Origin: Promethearchaeota archaeon
GTDB taxonomy: Archaea > Asgardarchaeota > Lokiarchaeia > Sigyniarchaeales > SOKP01
DNA length: 64,000 bases
Reading direction: 5' to 3'
NCBI GenBank assembly: GCA_019057795.1
Contig: JAHLWS010000065.1
Location: forward strand, 96,001-160,000
This document shows positions 50,458 to 60,794 of this stretch, piece after piece (within the stretch, counting starts at the first letter, position 1; each line of letters opens with the position of its first letter). The notes under the pieces are model-generated. The model made no database searches. It was given only the letters and a program-made list of their open reading frames with translations, and had not been told where the DNA came from. Position numbers and translations under genes: made by a program.

Positions 50458-53055
50458 GTGGTTTCAATGTCTATTAACTTAAAATTAAAAACAAATTTCT
50501 TAAAAGATTTTCAACAAAAAATAATACAAGGAAGAAGATTATTACAATCAGCTAATCATTTATGGGCGGATCGCTTATTGACCGATTTGTATTTTGAGAT
50601 AGAAAAAACTGATTGGCTCGACATCCAGAAAAAGCACCAATTAACCATGATAATATCAAATTCATGGTGGATTTACATCAATTCCTTGACGCGTAAAACT
50701 GACGAAGGGACCGAAGTAGATGTAATCAGATATTTAGACGCTTATAAAAGATTTTTCTCGTTTTTATCAAAATTAGACGATTTCTATCTTTTCAATAATT
50801 TTGTAACCAACTTGTTGAAATCGTTTATTACAATGGACGAGTTATCTCAAACGGGGATAACTAAATTCATAAACTCTTTCTGCGTTAAAGTGTCTGAAAG
50901 GAAGGAGTATATTAAACTGATTGAATTACAAATAGTTTTAATGTACTTAAGAAAATCTGTTATCCCACAAGAATATTTTCATTTAAGTATGGAAGTTTTA
51001 GGCAGAACAATATTTAAACTAGAACCTGGGAAAAGGGCTTTGTTTCTTTATATTTTTATAGAAAATGTTAATATGCATTATCATCTCATGGATAACTCCG
51101 AAGATTTCGTTAAATATATGAAAAGTCTATTAGTAAATCGGATTCCAGGATATTTAAAAAATGAATTTAGTAATTTAAGTAAAATCTCTATAAATAAAAT
51201 AAATTTTAATACAATTTTAGTAGAGTTAGAAGAATTAATCTATTATTTAAACGATATTGGAGAATATACCTGGATTATCATTATCATTAAAAATCTATTT
51301 TCAAAAATTCGCGAATTTCAATCCTACGGTGACGCAGTTACGTATATTAGGAAATTCATAGATTTCGCAATTTCAAGGAATAGATTTGAAATAGCATTTG
51401 ACATCTATGATTTCTTAGAAGATCTGTTTATGTACCAAACGGATCTTGGATACGATAATATTTTAATTGAATTATGGGTTGAGGCTTCCAAAAAATTCGT
51501 AGAAATGAAAGAGAAAAAATATCTATTGCAATCTCTTGAAAAATTAAACATTCATCTGAAAATGCCTCAAAATAATGCTCAATTATATCATTATTTTTAC
51601 ACTTGTAATTTCTTATGGCAATTTAAGTCAATTTTTTTCTCGTTAGAGCAGAGAGATTTCTGGAGAATGACTTTCTATCGTGCATTATATGAAGAAAATG
51701 ATTTCAATCTCGCTCAAAAAATATTACCTTACTTAGAAAAGAATTTAAAAGCGTTGATTACCGATCCGCTTCTACTATATAACGAAACAGAATCATTTAA
51801 GAGAGATATCTATTCGCTTGGAGAAGACGATCTTTTTTTTATGGGATTTGAAGAAGGCTTTATAATAAAGCAAATGACATTTAGGATAAATGCTGAAGGG
51901 TCAATATCTATTCGAATGATTTCTCAAGAAGATAAAATAGTTGAAGGAAAAATACTTGACGAATATTGGAATGATGCTCATATTCTTGACATTTACAACG
52001 ATATCTTCTCTGATAGCCTAGAAAAAAAGTACAACTTTACATTAAATGAATTTGGTCGATTGTTATATGTTTTTCTTCCTAATAAAATAAGAACTTTTTT
52101 TAAACAATTTGAGATAAAGGCTTTAAATTTTACTCCAGAAATCTATTTTATTTTAGACGATATGACCATCCCTTTCGATTTAATTTACGATAAAAGTTTT
52201 TTCTTATTAAAATATTCCATTAGTTACATAATTGGAGAGCCTCCATTAGGGGGTATAACTTTTGGTCGTGAACTTGAAGAAAATAAAGAAGGGTTAAAGG
52301 TGCAGAAGAAATTTAATGTACTTATAATAGAAAGCATTAATAATTCAGGTCCCGTTAGATGGAATGAAAAGCTTAAATCTAAGGAGCTAATATTTCCATT
52401 TGAAGCTGGAATAAATGAATTTAATTATATTACAGAATTCTTTAATAATCGAGAAGAAATAAACCAAATTACCGTTTTAACAGGACCAGACTCGACTCGA
52501 GAAAATATTTTATCACATATAGCTGACGGAGCGAACCATATAATCCATTTTGTAGGAAATATCTTTTACTCCAAGTGGAATCCCCGTGATAGCTTTTTTC
52601 TGACTAACGACAACGAAATAGTTACATTTAACGATATCAGCAATTCAATAAAAGGGAGTAAATCTAATATGATTCCTTTCTTGTTTTTCAACTCTCAAAT
52701 ATATGATGTTGAAGGAAAGAAGTTAAAAAATGCTTCCAGAACTTTCGGGGAAATTGTAGAACATTTTGATTACGATAAAATTATAGGCATTATATCGAGA
52801 AATTACCCTATTTTTGACGATGAAACTAAAGAGATAATCGCAAATTTTTACGTTAATTTGTTCAGTAATCGGAGCCAAGGAGTTTCGCTCTTGAAAGCTC
52901 GTCAAGCATGTATGGCAAATAAAATGACTAAACTCGTAGAACAAAATTTTAAAGATTTATCCGCTGAAGACGGTACTAAAAGCATCGATTTAGAAAGTTC
53001 CTTAGCAATTTCTAGTTTCATAATCTTCGGTAAGCCTTGGAAGAAATTAAGTTAA
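50458..53055 (+). CDS. Alpha-helical protein with C-terminal degenerate CHAT (caspase-like) domain
   Basis: IPFDLIYD, HIIHFVGN, FLFFNSQ, SLLKARQ, FIIFGKP. Confidence 0.65.
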   Translation: MVSMSINLKLKTNFLKDFQQKIIQGRRLLQSANHLWADRLLTDLYFEIEKTDWLDIQKKHQLTMIISNSWWIYINSLTRKTDEGTEVDVIRYLDAYKRFFSFLSKLDDFYLFNNFVTNLLKSFITMDELSQTGITKFINSFCVKVSERKEYIKLIELQIVLMYLRKSVIPQEYFHLSMEVLGRTIFKLEPGKRALFLYIFIENVNMHYHLMDNSEDFVKYMKSLLVNRIPGYLKNEFSNLSKISINKINFNTILVELEELIYYLNDIGEYTWIIIIIKNLFSKIREFQSYGDAVTYIRKFIDFAISRNRFEIAFDIYDFLEDLFMYQTDLGYDNILIELWVEASKKFVEMKEKKYLLQSLEKLNIHLKMPQNNAQLYHYFYTCNFLWQFKSIFFSLEQRDFWRMTFYRALYEENDFNLAQKILPYLEKNLKALITDPLLLYNETESFKRDIYSLGEDDLFFMGFEEGFIIKQMTFRINAEGSISIRMISQEDKIVEGKILDEYWNDAHILDIYNDIFSDSLEKKYNFTLNEFGRLLYVFLPNKIRTFFKQFEIKALNFTPEIYFILDDMTIPFDLIYDKSFFLLKYSISYIIGEPPLGGITFGRELEENKEGLKVQKKFNVLIIESINNSGPVRWNEKLKSKELIFPFEAGINEFNYITEFFNNREEINQITVLTGPDSTRENILSHIADGANHIIHFVGNIFYSKWNPRDSFFLTNDNEIVTFNDISNSIKGSKSNMIPFLFFNSQIYDVEGKKLKNASRTFGEIVEHFDYDKIIGIISRNYPIFDDETKEIIANFYVNLFSNRSQGVSLLKARQACMANKMTKLVEQNFKDLSAEDGTKSIDLESSLAISSFIIFGKPWKKLS

Positions 53056-53105
53056 AGTATCATATTTAATTATTCATATTAAAAATTAAAATTATAAAAG
53101 ATTAG

Positions 53106-53654
53106 TTGATAGATTTGTCTGATAGAATTATCGAACTCCGGGTTGAAAACGACCGCCTTAGAAGAGAAGTTCAAAAATTAGAGAGTAAGGTTTTATCACT
53201 AGTAGGAATTATAAACTTGGAATCTTCAGGGGGTCCTAAAGGCAAGAATAGAATTAACGAGCGTTTAATTAATCTAATTACCTCGACAAAACAACAGTTA
53301 AATATTCTTTCACCTAAGATCGATAGATTCTACGCTAATGAGGTAAAGAAGTTAACTCAGAAAGGAATTCCAATTTTGATAATTACTAACGATAGAGGTA
53401 GCATTCCAAAAGCTTTTCAAGAAGTATACGACGACCTAAAAGTAACCTCTGGACTGAGTATTGTAAACAATCCTAACGTTAATTATTTGTTAGTTTTCAA
53501 TTCTGAAGAAGCTATTTATTCGAGTGGTTCATTAGTTAAGGAAGAACTTGAAAAAGCGGTTTTGATTATTACTACAGTTAAGGAAGCTACTAAGTTGAGA
53601 AAAATTGCAGAAATTTTTAGCTTAATGCTCCCGTCATTTATGCGCGGCAAGTAA
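53106..53654 (+). CDS. Coiled coil plus PLD-like (TrmB C-terminal) domain protein
   Basis: LNILSPKI..GIPILIITND..LLVFNSEEAIYSSGSL; HKD motif absent. Confidence 0.55.
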   Translation: MIDLSDRIIELRVENDRLRREVQKLESKVLSLVGIINLESSGGPKGKNRINERLINLITSTKQQLNILSPKIDRFYANEVKKLTQKGIPILIITNDRGSIPKAFQEVYDDLKVTSGLSIVNNPNVNYLLVFNSEEAIYSSGSLVKEELEKAVLIITTVKEATKLRKIAEIFSLMLPSFMRGK

Positions 53655-53882
53655 GTAAACAAACTTTTATTTTATTAATTATAATTAATATATTAGTATT
53701 TTTCGGAGATATTAATCTTTAAATCAGAAATGTGTAAAAATGTAGTTAGAGATGACAGAAAAAACAGTAGGCAAAAAAATACGAAAGAAGGAAAGAATTG
53801 AAGGTCCATTTTTAGAACAAAAGATAGATAACAACTCTAATTCTGAAGATATATTTGATTGGGATTTTATACTTGATAGAGA

Positions 53883-56066
53883 ATGGTTGAGAACGAAAAA
53901 GTAGAAAAAGTAATTGATTCAAAAAAAATTTCTGAACTATTTGGAATAGGCTCAGATATTTATAACGAGATCACTAATTTTCTTGAAAAACAAGCGAAAT
54001 TAGACGAATTAGAATTCAAAAAGAAATATCAGCTTTGGAAATCGATTTTTAAACGCATTTATGGTAAAGATATTGATCATTTTCTTTTTCTAAAACATTC
54101 CTACTTCGCACTGATTCTAAAGCTTTTAGTAGTGAGAAAACTAAACGCTCAAGGAAAAGAAAATCTTAAAAAATTTTATCCGGATCAGAACTTAAGTGAA
54201 TTAAAATATTTTTTTTGTCCAGATCTCAAAAAAGATGTTATCAACCAATTACACATATTATTAAAAGATTCTCGTTTTGCCTATCATGATCTCTTCCAAA
54301 AATTGTATCAGCAAGTTTTCTTTATTATAACTAGGCACAAATTAGGAGAATTCTATACTCCACCTAAACTTGCTAAAAAAATGATTGACGATTTTTACCA
54401 AATGGGAGTAAAGACTTTAGATCCTTCTTGCGGTTCTGGTGGTTTTTTAATAGAGATCATTATTAAAATTCTCAATTCCAATGTTAAAAAAAATGTAAAA
54501 TTTGATGCGATTGAAAACATATACGGCTTTGATATTAACCTATTAGCAACCTTGACAGCTAAGGTAAATATATTATTGTTACTTTTCGATTATTACAATG
54601 CAGAAAACGATAAACTCCCCAAAATAAATATTTTTCTAATAGACGCTCTTTTTCCCGACCAGAATAAAGAAAACCTAAAGATAAATTTATCGGAGCTTTA
54701 CCATTCGTTTGACTTAGTTATTGGAAACCCTCCTTGGTTAACTTATAAAGACATTTTCAATAAAGCGTACCAAATAAAGATTAGAACGCTGTCTGAAATG
54801 TTAGGAATAAAGCCCCAAAGTCAGTACATCACCCACATTGAACTAGCATCAATTTTTTTTTACGCGATCCCATTAACATTCTTAAAAATTGGAGGAAGTA
54901 TATTTTTTGTTCTTACTAAGAGTATTTTAAACGGAGATCACTGCTATAAGTTCCGCGCGTTTTCAATTTTTAATAAGATTGAAATATGGGATTTTCCAAA
55001 CAATTATTTCTTTAACGTAGAGCATATTTGCCTAAAAGCGAAATATATTGGAAAAAGTTCTGAAATTCCAATTTCCGAAAAATACCCAATTAAAACTCAA
55101 ATTTACGATAACGCTCTTGAACTTCAACGGGTAACAAATTACTCTAGTTTAGACTTCAACGAGAAGGGAGCAAAAATTATTTTACCAGAAAAAGATCTAA
55201 ATTTCTTAAATACGCTTTCAGAAAGTCAATACAGGCGTAAATTCTTTCAAGGGGCGACTTTGGTACCTCGAGCGCTTGTTTTTTTTAAAATAGACGAGAA
55301 AAATGAAGAATATCTACAAATTTCTTCCGATCCTGAAGTTAAAAAACGCGCTAAGAAAAATTGGAAGTATTCTTTTCAAAATAAAAAAATTGAAAGCAAA
55401 TTCAATTTTAAGGCTTTTTTAAACAAAGATTTAATACCATTCTGTATAAAGCGATTTAAACGTGTTTTTTTACCAATTAACGAGAATTTTGAATTCGACG
55501 AGACCTTCCTTAGGAATAATCCAAAAGCTTTAGACTTTTACGATGAGCTTAATAAATTTTACCAAGAAAACAAACGAGAAACGAGCGAGATAGATAATCT
55601 TTTTTCAAACTTGAATTATTGGAATAAATTAACGAAGCAAATAAATAACAAACAATATATCGTTGTATACAACGCAAGTGGTTCCCGTCTGAAATCGGCA
55701 GTTATCGATAACGAAGAAAAGGAAATAATAATTTGTTCAGAAAATTACTACTATTCCACCAATTCACAGAACGAGGCGCATTATCTATCGGCAATTTTCA
55801 ACTCTCCAATACTTTCGAAAAATATTAAGCTCATAAAATCGAGTAGACACATTCATAAAAGACCTTTCTCTTTTCCAATACCATTATTCGACGAACAGAA
55901 CGACCTCCATAGAAAATTAGCAAAAAAAAGCCAAAAATATCATACCATAGTACAAGATTTGGTATTCAACAACCCAAAAATAACTCCTGAGAAAGTTAGA
56001 ACCTTTATCTACCCGAAGTTAATGAAACTCGATAGCTTGACTAAAGAAGTAGTTTTTAAGATTTAA
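53883..56066 (+). CDS. N6-adenine DNA methyltransferase (type IIG/Eco57I-like, with target recognition domain)
   Basis: GEFYTP, LDPSCGSG, IGNPPW. Confidence 0.9.
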   Translation: MVENEKVEKVIDSKKISELFGIGSDIYNEITNFLEKQAKLDELEFKKKYQLWKSIFKRIYGKDIDHFLFLKHSYFALILKLLVVRKLNAQGKENLKKFYPDQNLSELKYFFCPDLKKDVINQLHILLKDSRFAYHDLFQKLYQQVFFIITRHKLGEFYTPPKLAKKMIDDFYQMGVKTLDPSCGSGGFLIEIIIKILNSNVKKNVKFDAIENIYGFDINLLATLTAKVNILLLLFDYYNAENDKLPKINIFLIDALFPDQNKENLKINLSELYHSFDLVIGNPPWLTYKDIFNKAYQIKIRTLSEMLGIKPQSQYITHIELASIFFYAIPLTFLKIGGSIFFVLTKSILNGDHCYKFRAFSIFNKIEIWDFPNNYFFNVEHICLKAKYIGKSSEIPISEKYPIKTQIYDNALELQRVTNYSSLDFNEKGAKIILPEKDLNFLNTLSESQYRRKFFQGATLVPRALVFFKIDEKNEEYLQISSDPEVKKRAKKNWKYSFQNKKIESKFNFKAFLNKDLIPFCIKRFKRVFLPINENFEFDETFLRNNPKALDFYDELNKFYQENKRETSEIDNLFSNLNYWNKLTKQINNKQYIVVYNASGSRLKSAVIDNEEKEIIICSENYYYSTNSQNEAHYLSAIFNSPILSKNIKLIKSSRHIHKRPFSFPIPLFDEQNDLHRKLAKKSQKYHTIVQDLVFNNPKITPEKVRTFIYPKLMKLDSLTKEVVFKI

Positions 56067-56196
56067 TTGTATATTAAATTAATTCAATATACTATTTTTA
56101 TCAAAAATTTGAATTTTAGAAAAGTTTATCTTTCATAAAGATATTATATACTTGAATAAGAGTGAAAAAGAAAGCATTTTTTAGTGAATAAATAAA

Positions 56197-57342
56197 TTGA
56201 CTTTTACAGAATTAGGAATTAACGAACATAGCGTTAATGAATTAAAAAAACTTGAAATAGTAAAACCTACACCTGTCCAACAGAAGGCTATTCCTTTAAT
56301 TTTAAAGGGCCAAAATATTATGGCTCAAGCGAGAACGGGTAGTGGTAAAACTTTAGCTTTTGTACTTCCAATAATAGAAAGACTGAAATATAAGCGTAAT
56401 GAAGCATTAATTTTAGTCCCAACTAGAGAGTTAGCAAATCAAATATACGAAGTAATTAGAGATTTGGGAACAAGAGTAAAAGCATTTCCGATTTATGGCG
56501 GAGTTTCTATAAATAATCAAATAAATAAACTAGAAAACGGCATAAATATAATCATTGGAACTCCTGGAAGAATAATTGATTTATACAAAAGAAGAAAGTT
56601 AAGATTAAATGAAATTAGGTTTGTTGTTGTTGATGAAGCTGATAGAATGTTTGACATGGGTTTCACTCCAGATGTGAAATACATTTTAAATCAAATACAT
56701 TCGGAATACCAATTCATGCTCTTCTCTGCAACTTTTGACAACAGAATCAGAGAATTAGTGAAAAAATATTCGAAAAACAGTTTCGAATTTTTAAACTTGA
56801 GCAGAGATAATTTGACTGTTGGAAATACAAAACAGTTCTATTATCTGATAGACAGATATGGAGATAAACTAAAAACTTTCCTTAAAATACTGCGGAGAGA
56901 AAAACCAGATCACCTTCTAGTCTTCGTAAACACGAAAAGAACTGCGTCTTGGTTGAGCAAGAGGTTAAAATCGTTAGATAATTTCATGTATAACGTGGAT
57001 CTCATTTCTGGAGACTTATCTCAATATCAAAGAGAAAAAATTTTAAAAGCTTTTAAAGCGCATAAGATTAACCTACTCATTGCCACAGATGTTGCAGCTA
57101 GAGGTTTGGATATCAATAATATTTCGCATGTTTTTAATTACGACATTCCAAAGTTCCCAGAGAATTATGTCCATAGAATTGGGAGAACTTCTCGCATGAA
57201 TAAACGCGGAGTTGCAATTACACTCTGTTTAAAAGACGAATACGAATATCTTTGTCACATCGAAGGATTGATCGATAAGGAAATTAAGGAAAAAACCATA
57301 TTTTCTCAACAAAATACTCAATATCATAACCCCTTTTACTAA
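56197..57342 (+). CDS. DEAD-box RNA helicase
   Basis: ARTGSGKT, PTRELA, DEAD, SAT, ARGLD, HRIGRT. Confidence 0.95.
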   Translation: MTFTELGINEHSVNELKKLEIVKPTPVQQKAIPLILKGQNIMAQARTGSGKTLAFVLPIIERLKYKRNEALILVPTRELANQIYEVIRDLGTRVKAFPIYGGVSINNQINKLENGINIIIGTPGRIIDLYKRRKLRLNEIRFVVVDEADRMFDMGFTPDVKYILNQIHSEYQFMLFSATFDNRIRELVKKYSKNSFEFLNLSRDNLTVGNTKQFYYLIDRYGDKLKTFLKILRREKPDHLLVFVNTKRTASWLSKRLKSLDNFMYNVDLISGDLSQYQREKILKAFKAHKINLLIATDVAARGLDINNISHVFNYDIPKFPENYVHRIGRTSRMNKRGVAITLCLKDEYEYLCHIEGLIDKEIKEKTIFSQQNTQYHNPFY

Positions 57343-57562
57343 AGCTAAATTTGAATGTATTATCTTTTTCTTAACAAAAAAACTTCAAATTTTATTCGTG
57401 ATATATGGATACTAGAATTAATTACATTCAGTTAGAATTAATTGAATTATTAAGAATAGCAAAGTTTTTGATTTGCAAAATTTAATATATATTAAGTATT
57501 ATTAGTTCTATAATTCTATAAAATCAAACTTGACTTTTTAATTATAATCGAGGTTTTAATCA

Positions 57563-58177
57563 ATGCCAAGCAGACGAGGAGATGGAACGCTTGTTTTTAA
57601 AATTTGTTTTTACGGTCCTTCGCTCGGTGGAAAAACTACGGCACTAGAATGGGTTTACCATCGCGAGGGATTGGCCAGTGGGGACATGCAACAAATTCAG
57701 GACCCTACTGGACGAACATTATTTTTTGATCGGGTAGTTGCAAGAGTATCTAATGTAGTCTTTCAGGTTTACACTGTAGCAGGGCAAAGGCGCCACAAAT
57801 TCCAACGCCAGACCGTTTTGAAGGGTACAGATGCCGTGATCTTCACTTTCGATTCCCTAATTGACCAATGGAGTGAGAATATATGGTCATTAAAAGAACT
57901 ATTGAAGTTTTACGGTGATAAATTAATTCCACCAGCCCTTTTTGACCCACCAGAAGTACCACTGGTAGTGTTAGCCAATAAGAGAGATCTTGAAGACATC
58001 GTCGAGATATCAAAAATTAGACAGGTTTTAGATACCGCCAAGATGAACCACACCTTGATTTACGAAACTATCGCTATTACGGGAGTAAATGTAAAAAGAG
58101 CATTTGTATTTGCAGCCAGACAAGCTGTGCTTAACCACTACAAAAAATTGAGTGGTAAAGCTATGGAAAGCGAATAA
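57563..58177 (+). CDS. MglA-like small GTPase
   Basis: GPSLGGKT, RTLFFD, YTVAGQ, NKRD. Confidence 0.9.
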   Translation: MPSRRGDGTLVFKICFYGPSLGGKTTALEWVYHREGLASGDMQQIQDPTGRTLFFDRVVARVSNVVFQVYTVAGQRRHKFQRQTVLKGTDAVIFTFDSLIDQWSENIWSLKELLKFYGDKLIPPALFDPPEVPLVVLANKRDLEDIVEISKIRQVLDTAKMNHTLIYETIAITGVNVKRAFVFAARQAVLNHYKKLSGKAMESE

Positions 58178-58301
58178 TCAGACCTTAATTTTAAAATTTT
58201 TTTAAGTCTAAATTTTAATAATACTCTTAAGCTCAACTCATTTACTTTATCAGCTAGGATTTTATCAGCTTTGTGTTCTAACTCTTCGTATTTTAAATAT
58301 T

Positions 58302-58856
58302 TTATAAATATTTAATTTTAGGTTCTACTTTCTCTTTTGAAATTCTCAAATAACCGTATGAACTAATTACTGTAAATTTATTATCGATAGGAGTTGTTGT
58401 TCCTGGATTTAAAAATAAGATATCGTGGTGTATCTCATTAACGGGCCTATGAGTATGGCCAAAAATTACAATGTTATAATCAGAATTAAGCAAGTCTAAT
58501 TTTTTAATTAACCGTTTAACGATTATATTTGGACCGCCCATCCCATGTAACATTAATATTTTATGACCGAATAATTCAAATTCCTGCTTTTCAGGAAGCG
58601 TTTCTTTTAGTTTTGAGTCAAAATCCATGTTGCCGAGAACCGCAATTACTTTTTTTTCGCTAAAAGTATCGATAAGAGCTTTATATACTTTATACGAAAC
58701 GAAATCCCCCATATGAAATACATAATCCACATTCCTTTTCTTAAAGTCATCAATAATGACCTGTGGAATTTCATTAGTTCTTTGGGGAATGTGTGTGTCA
58801 GACAATAGACCAATCAACAATTCTTCTTTATCAGTTGTAATCATGAGAAACACCAA
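58302..58856 (-). CDS. YfcE/Vps29-family metallophosphoesterase
   Basis: SDTH, GD, GNMD, HG, GHTH, NPG. Confidence 0.9.
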   Translation of the reverse strand: MVFLMITTDKEELLIGLLSDTHIPQRTNEIPQVIIDDFKKRNVDYVFHMGDFVSYKVYKALIDTFSEKKVIAVLGNMDFDSKLKETLPEKQEFELFGHKILMLHGMGGPNIIVKRLIKKLDLLNSDYNIVIFGHTHRPVNEIHHDILFLNPGTTTPIDNKFTVISSYGYLRISKEKVEPKIKYL

Positions 58857-58885
58857 AAATAATGGAAAAATGAAATTATTTATTT

Positions 58886-59773
58886 TTATTTAATGAAACC
58901 TGCAGCTTTTAAAGCTTTAATATTTTGCACAATAAGCCAATGTATTCCCCCAAGATTTTCTTTGGGAAATATTTTTGAATTGGGGATGATGTGTTCTTGA
59001 TATTTTTCAGTTACGTAATCAGCATTCGGATTTTCATTATACCATTTTATGATCGAATCTTTCACATTGAAGTATTTGGCTTTAAGACCATCTAAAAAAC
59101 TCTGAAAATCATCACCACTATACACACCGAAGTGGGCAAGAGAGATAGATTCCAATTGATCTTTCATTCCTTGAAGTTTATCAAATGAATTCAATAATGA
59201 TTGTTCATCAAAATGTGGTCCAAATAGTACGGGGAAATAAGTCTCATTGTCAAAGTGATCCATGATCGCATCTCCTACGATGATGTTTTTATGTACCTTA
59301 TCATATACGCCAATTGAATCTTGCGTGTGCCCAAAAAGTTCGTAAATGCTAAGTTCAAACCCATTCAAATCAATAGTATCATTTTTCTTCAACGAAGTTA
59401 CGTTTTCTATAGGTTCTACTGTATACTCAAAAAATTTGTTCATTTCCTCAGGATCTTTTAAAATGCCAAGAGCATTTTCATGTGCCAATATTTCAACATC
59501 TTCGCCCTCCATTTGTTTTAAGATTCGAGGGAGTGCTTGAATATGGTCCCAATGCGCGTGAGTAAGTAGGATCTTATGGATTGGGAAAAGTTCTAAGGCT
59601 TTAAGCTTTTTGACGATCTTTCTTGCAGCCAACATTTCTCCAACATCAATTAACATCCGCATTCCATCATTTTCTAAAAGATACAATGATAAAGTCCCCT
59701 TAAGCTTCATGAATTCTGCATCTATCAAGTATGAATTTTCGTTAAACTTACCTTCTTTATTAAAATGACCCAT
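58886..59773 (-). CDS. Metallo-beta-lactamase fold hydrolase
   Basis: THAHWDH, GHT, GDA, AHFG. Confidence 0.9.
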   Translation of the reverse strand: MGHFNKEGKFNENSYLIDAEFMKLKGTLSLYLLENDGMRMLIDVGEMLAARKIVKKLKALELFPIHKILLTHAHWDHIQALPRILKQMEGEDVEILAHENALGILKDPEEMNKFFEYTVEPIENVTSLKKNDTIDLNGFELSIYELFGHTQDSIGVYDKVHKNIIVGDAIMDHFDNETYFPVLFGPHFDEQSLLNSFDKLQGMKDQLESISLAHFGVYSGDDFQSFLDGLKAKYFNVKDSIIKWYNENPNADYVTEKYQEHIIPNSKIFPKENLGGIHWLIVQNIKALKAAGFIK

Positions 59774-59867
59774 AATAAAATCCTTAATCTAAAATTAAGT
59801 TTCTTTAAGATGAATTAGATGTCTTGATATAAAAACATTGATGAATTGAATTAAAGAGATATTTTTT

Positions 59868-60794
59868 CTATTCTTCTTGAGAGTCTTGCTTTCTCATTCT
59901 AAATTTAACGACTCTAAGCGCAAAATTTACGATTTCTTCTACGGTGTTCCATCGTCCTTCGTCAAGTTTTTCTTTTATCCAATAATATAGATCTTGTTCT
60001 ATGGGAATAGTCGTGTATATGGGTTGCGATAACTGCGCTTCTTGAGAATGAGCTTTATTCATAAGCCAAGAGATTACATTAGAAATTAATTTAAAGTTGT
60101 CAGCAGCGTGAATGCCGTATAAATCGTGGAAGCTAGAAAAAAGAGACAAGTTCCCTATAGCTACGATTTTTCCCATGCTATAATGTCCAATTGCGATTAT
60201 TGGTAAACTTTTGACAGGTTCATCAACCCATTCTTCTCCATCAAAATATTTGTGCCAAGCAGACTCTTCAGAGGAGATTGCGACTGCGCTAACATCAATA
60301 TCTTCATTTTCAACTGATTTATCAATTTCTAAAGTACAGCCTACAGAATGAATAATTTGAGTGATATCTCGAGTTATAAAGTGTTTTTTGAATTCTTTAA
60401 TTATCGGACGTGAATTATCTTTCGAGAAATTTTCGTTATCAAATAGCTGATCGTGGTTGAATTTAATTCCAAAATGTTTTGTTAACTCGGATAAATTATT
60501 TTTGTTCTCGTGGTCTCCTCCTTTATCGTTTACAATTAGAAGAGACCCTCCATCTTTAACGTATTTCAATAAATCCTCAATCTCTTCCAGAGTTAAATAA
60601 GATTCAGCAATTGGAACACCTATAATAAATACATTATAAGCAGATAATTTTTCGTAAGTAATTCCCGCTTCAATTTTTCCCAATTTTAAATCCGAATTAA
60701 ATAGAAATTCAATAAAATCGGTGAATCCGGGGTCTTCTATTATTAACTTGTTTTTATGGGAATAATCAAAACCAATATTATATTCAGTACTCAT
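59868..60794 (-). CDS. GIFT/DUF4350-like (GATase-like fold) domain plus C-terminal RHH
   Basis: FDYSH..YVKDGGSLL..FGI..GKIVAIG..DNFKLISNVISWL; TTIPIEQDLYYWI..TVEEIVNFALR. Confidence 0.6.
   Translation of the reverse strand: MSTEYNIGFDYSHKNKLIIEDPGFTDFIEFLFNSDLKLGKIEAGITYEKLSAYNVFIIGVPIAESYLTLEEIEDLLKYVKDGGSLLIVNDKGGDHENKNNLSELTKHFGIKFNHDQLFDNENFSKDNSRPIIKEFKKHFITRDITQIIHSVGCTLEIDKSVENEDIDVSAVAISSEESAWHKYFDGEEWVDEPVKSLPIIAIGHYSMGKIVAIGNLSLFSSFHDLYGIHAADNFKLISNVISWLMNKAHSQEAQLSQPIYTTIPIEQDLYYWIKEKLDEGRWNTVEEIVNFALRVVKFRMRKQDSQEE

Noticed and set aside
53752-53904. 50-aa ORF upstream of the methyltransferase
   Set aside because: Overlaps the tracked MTase start and has no motif, so it cannot be supported
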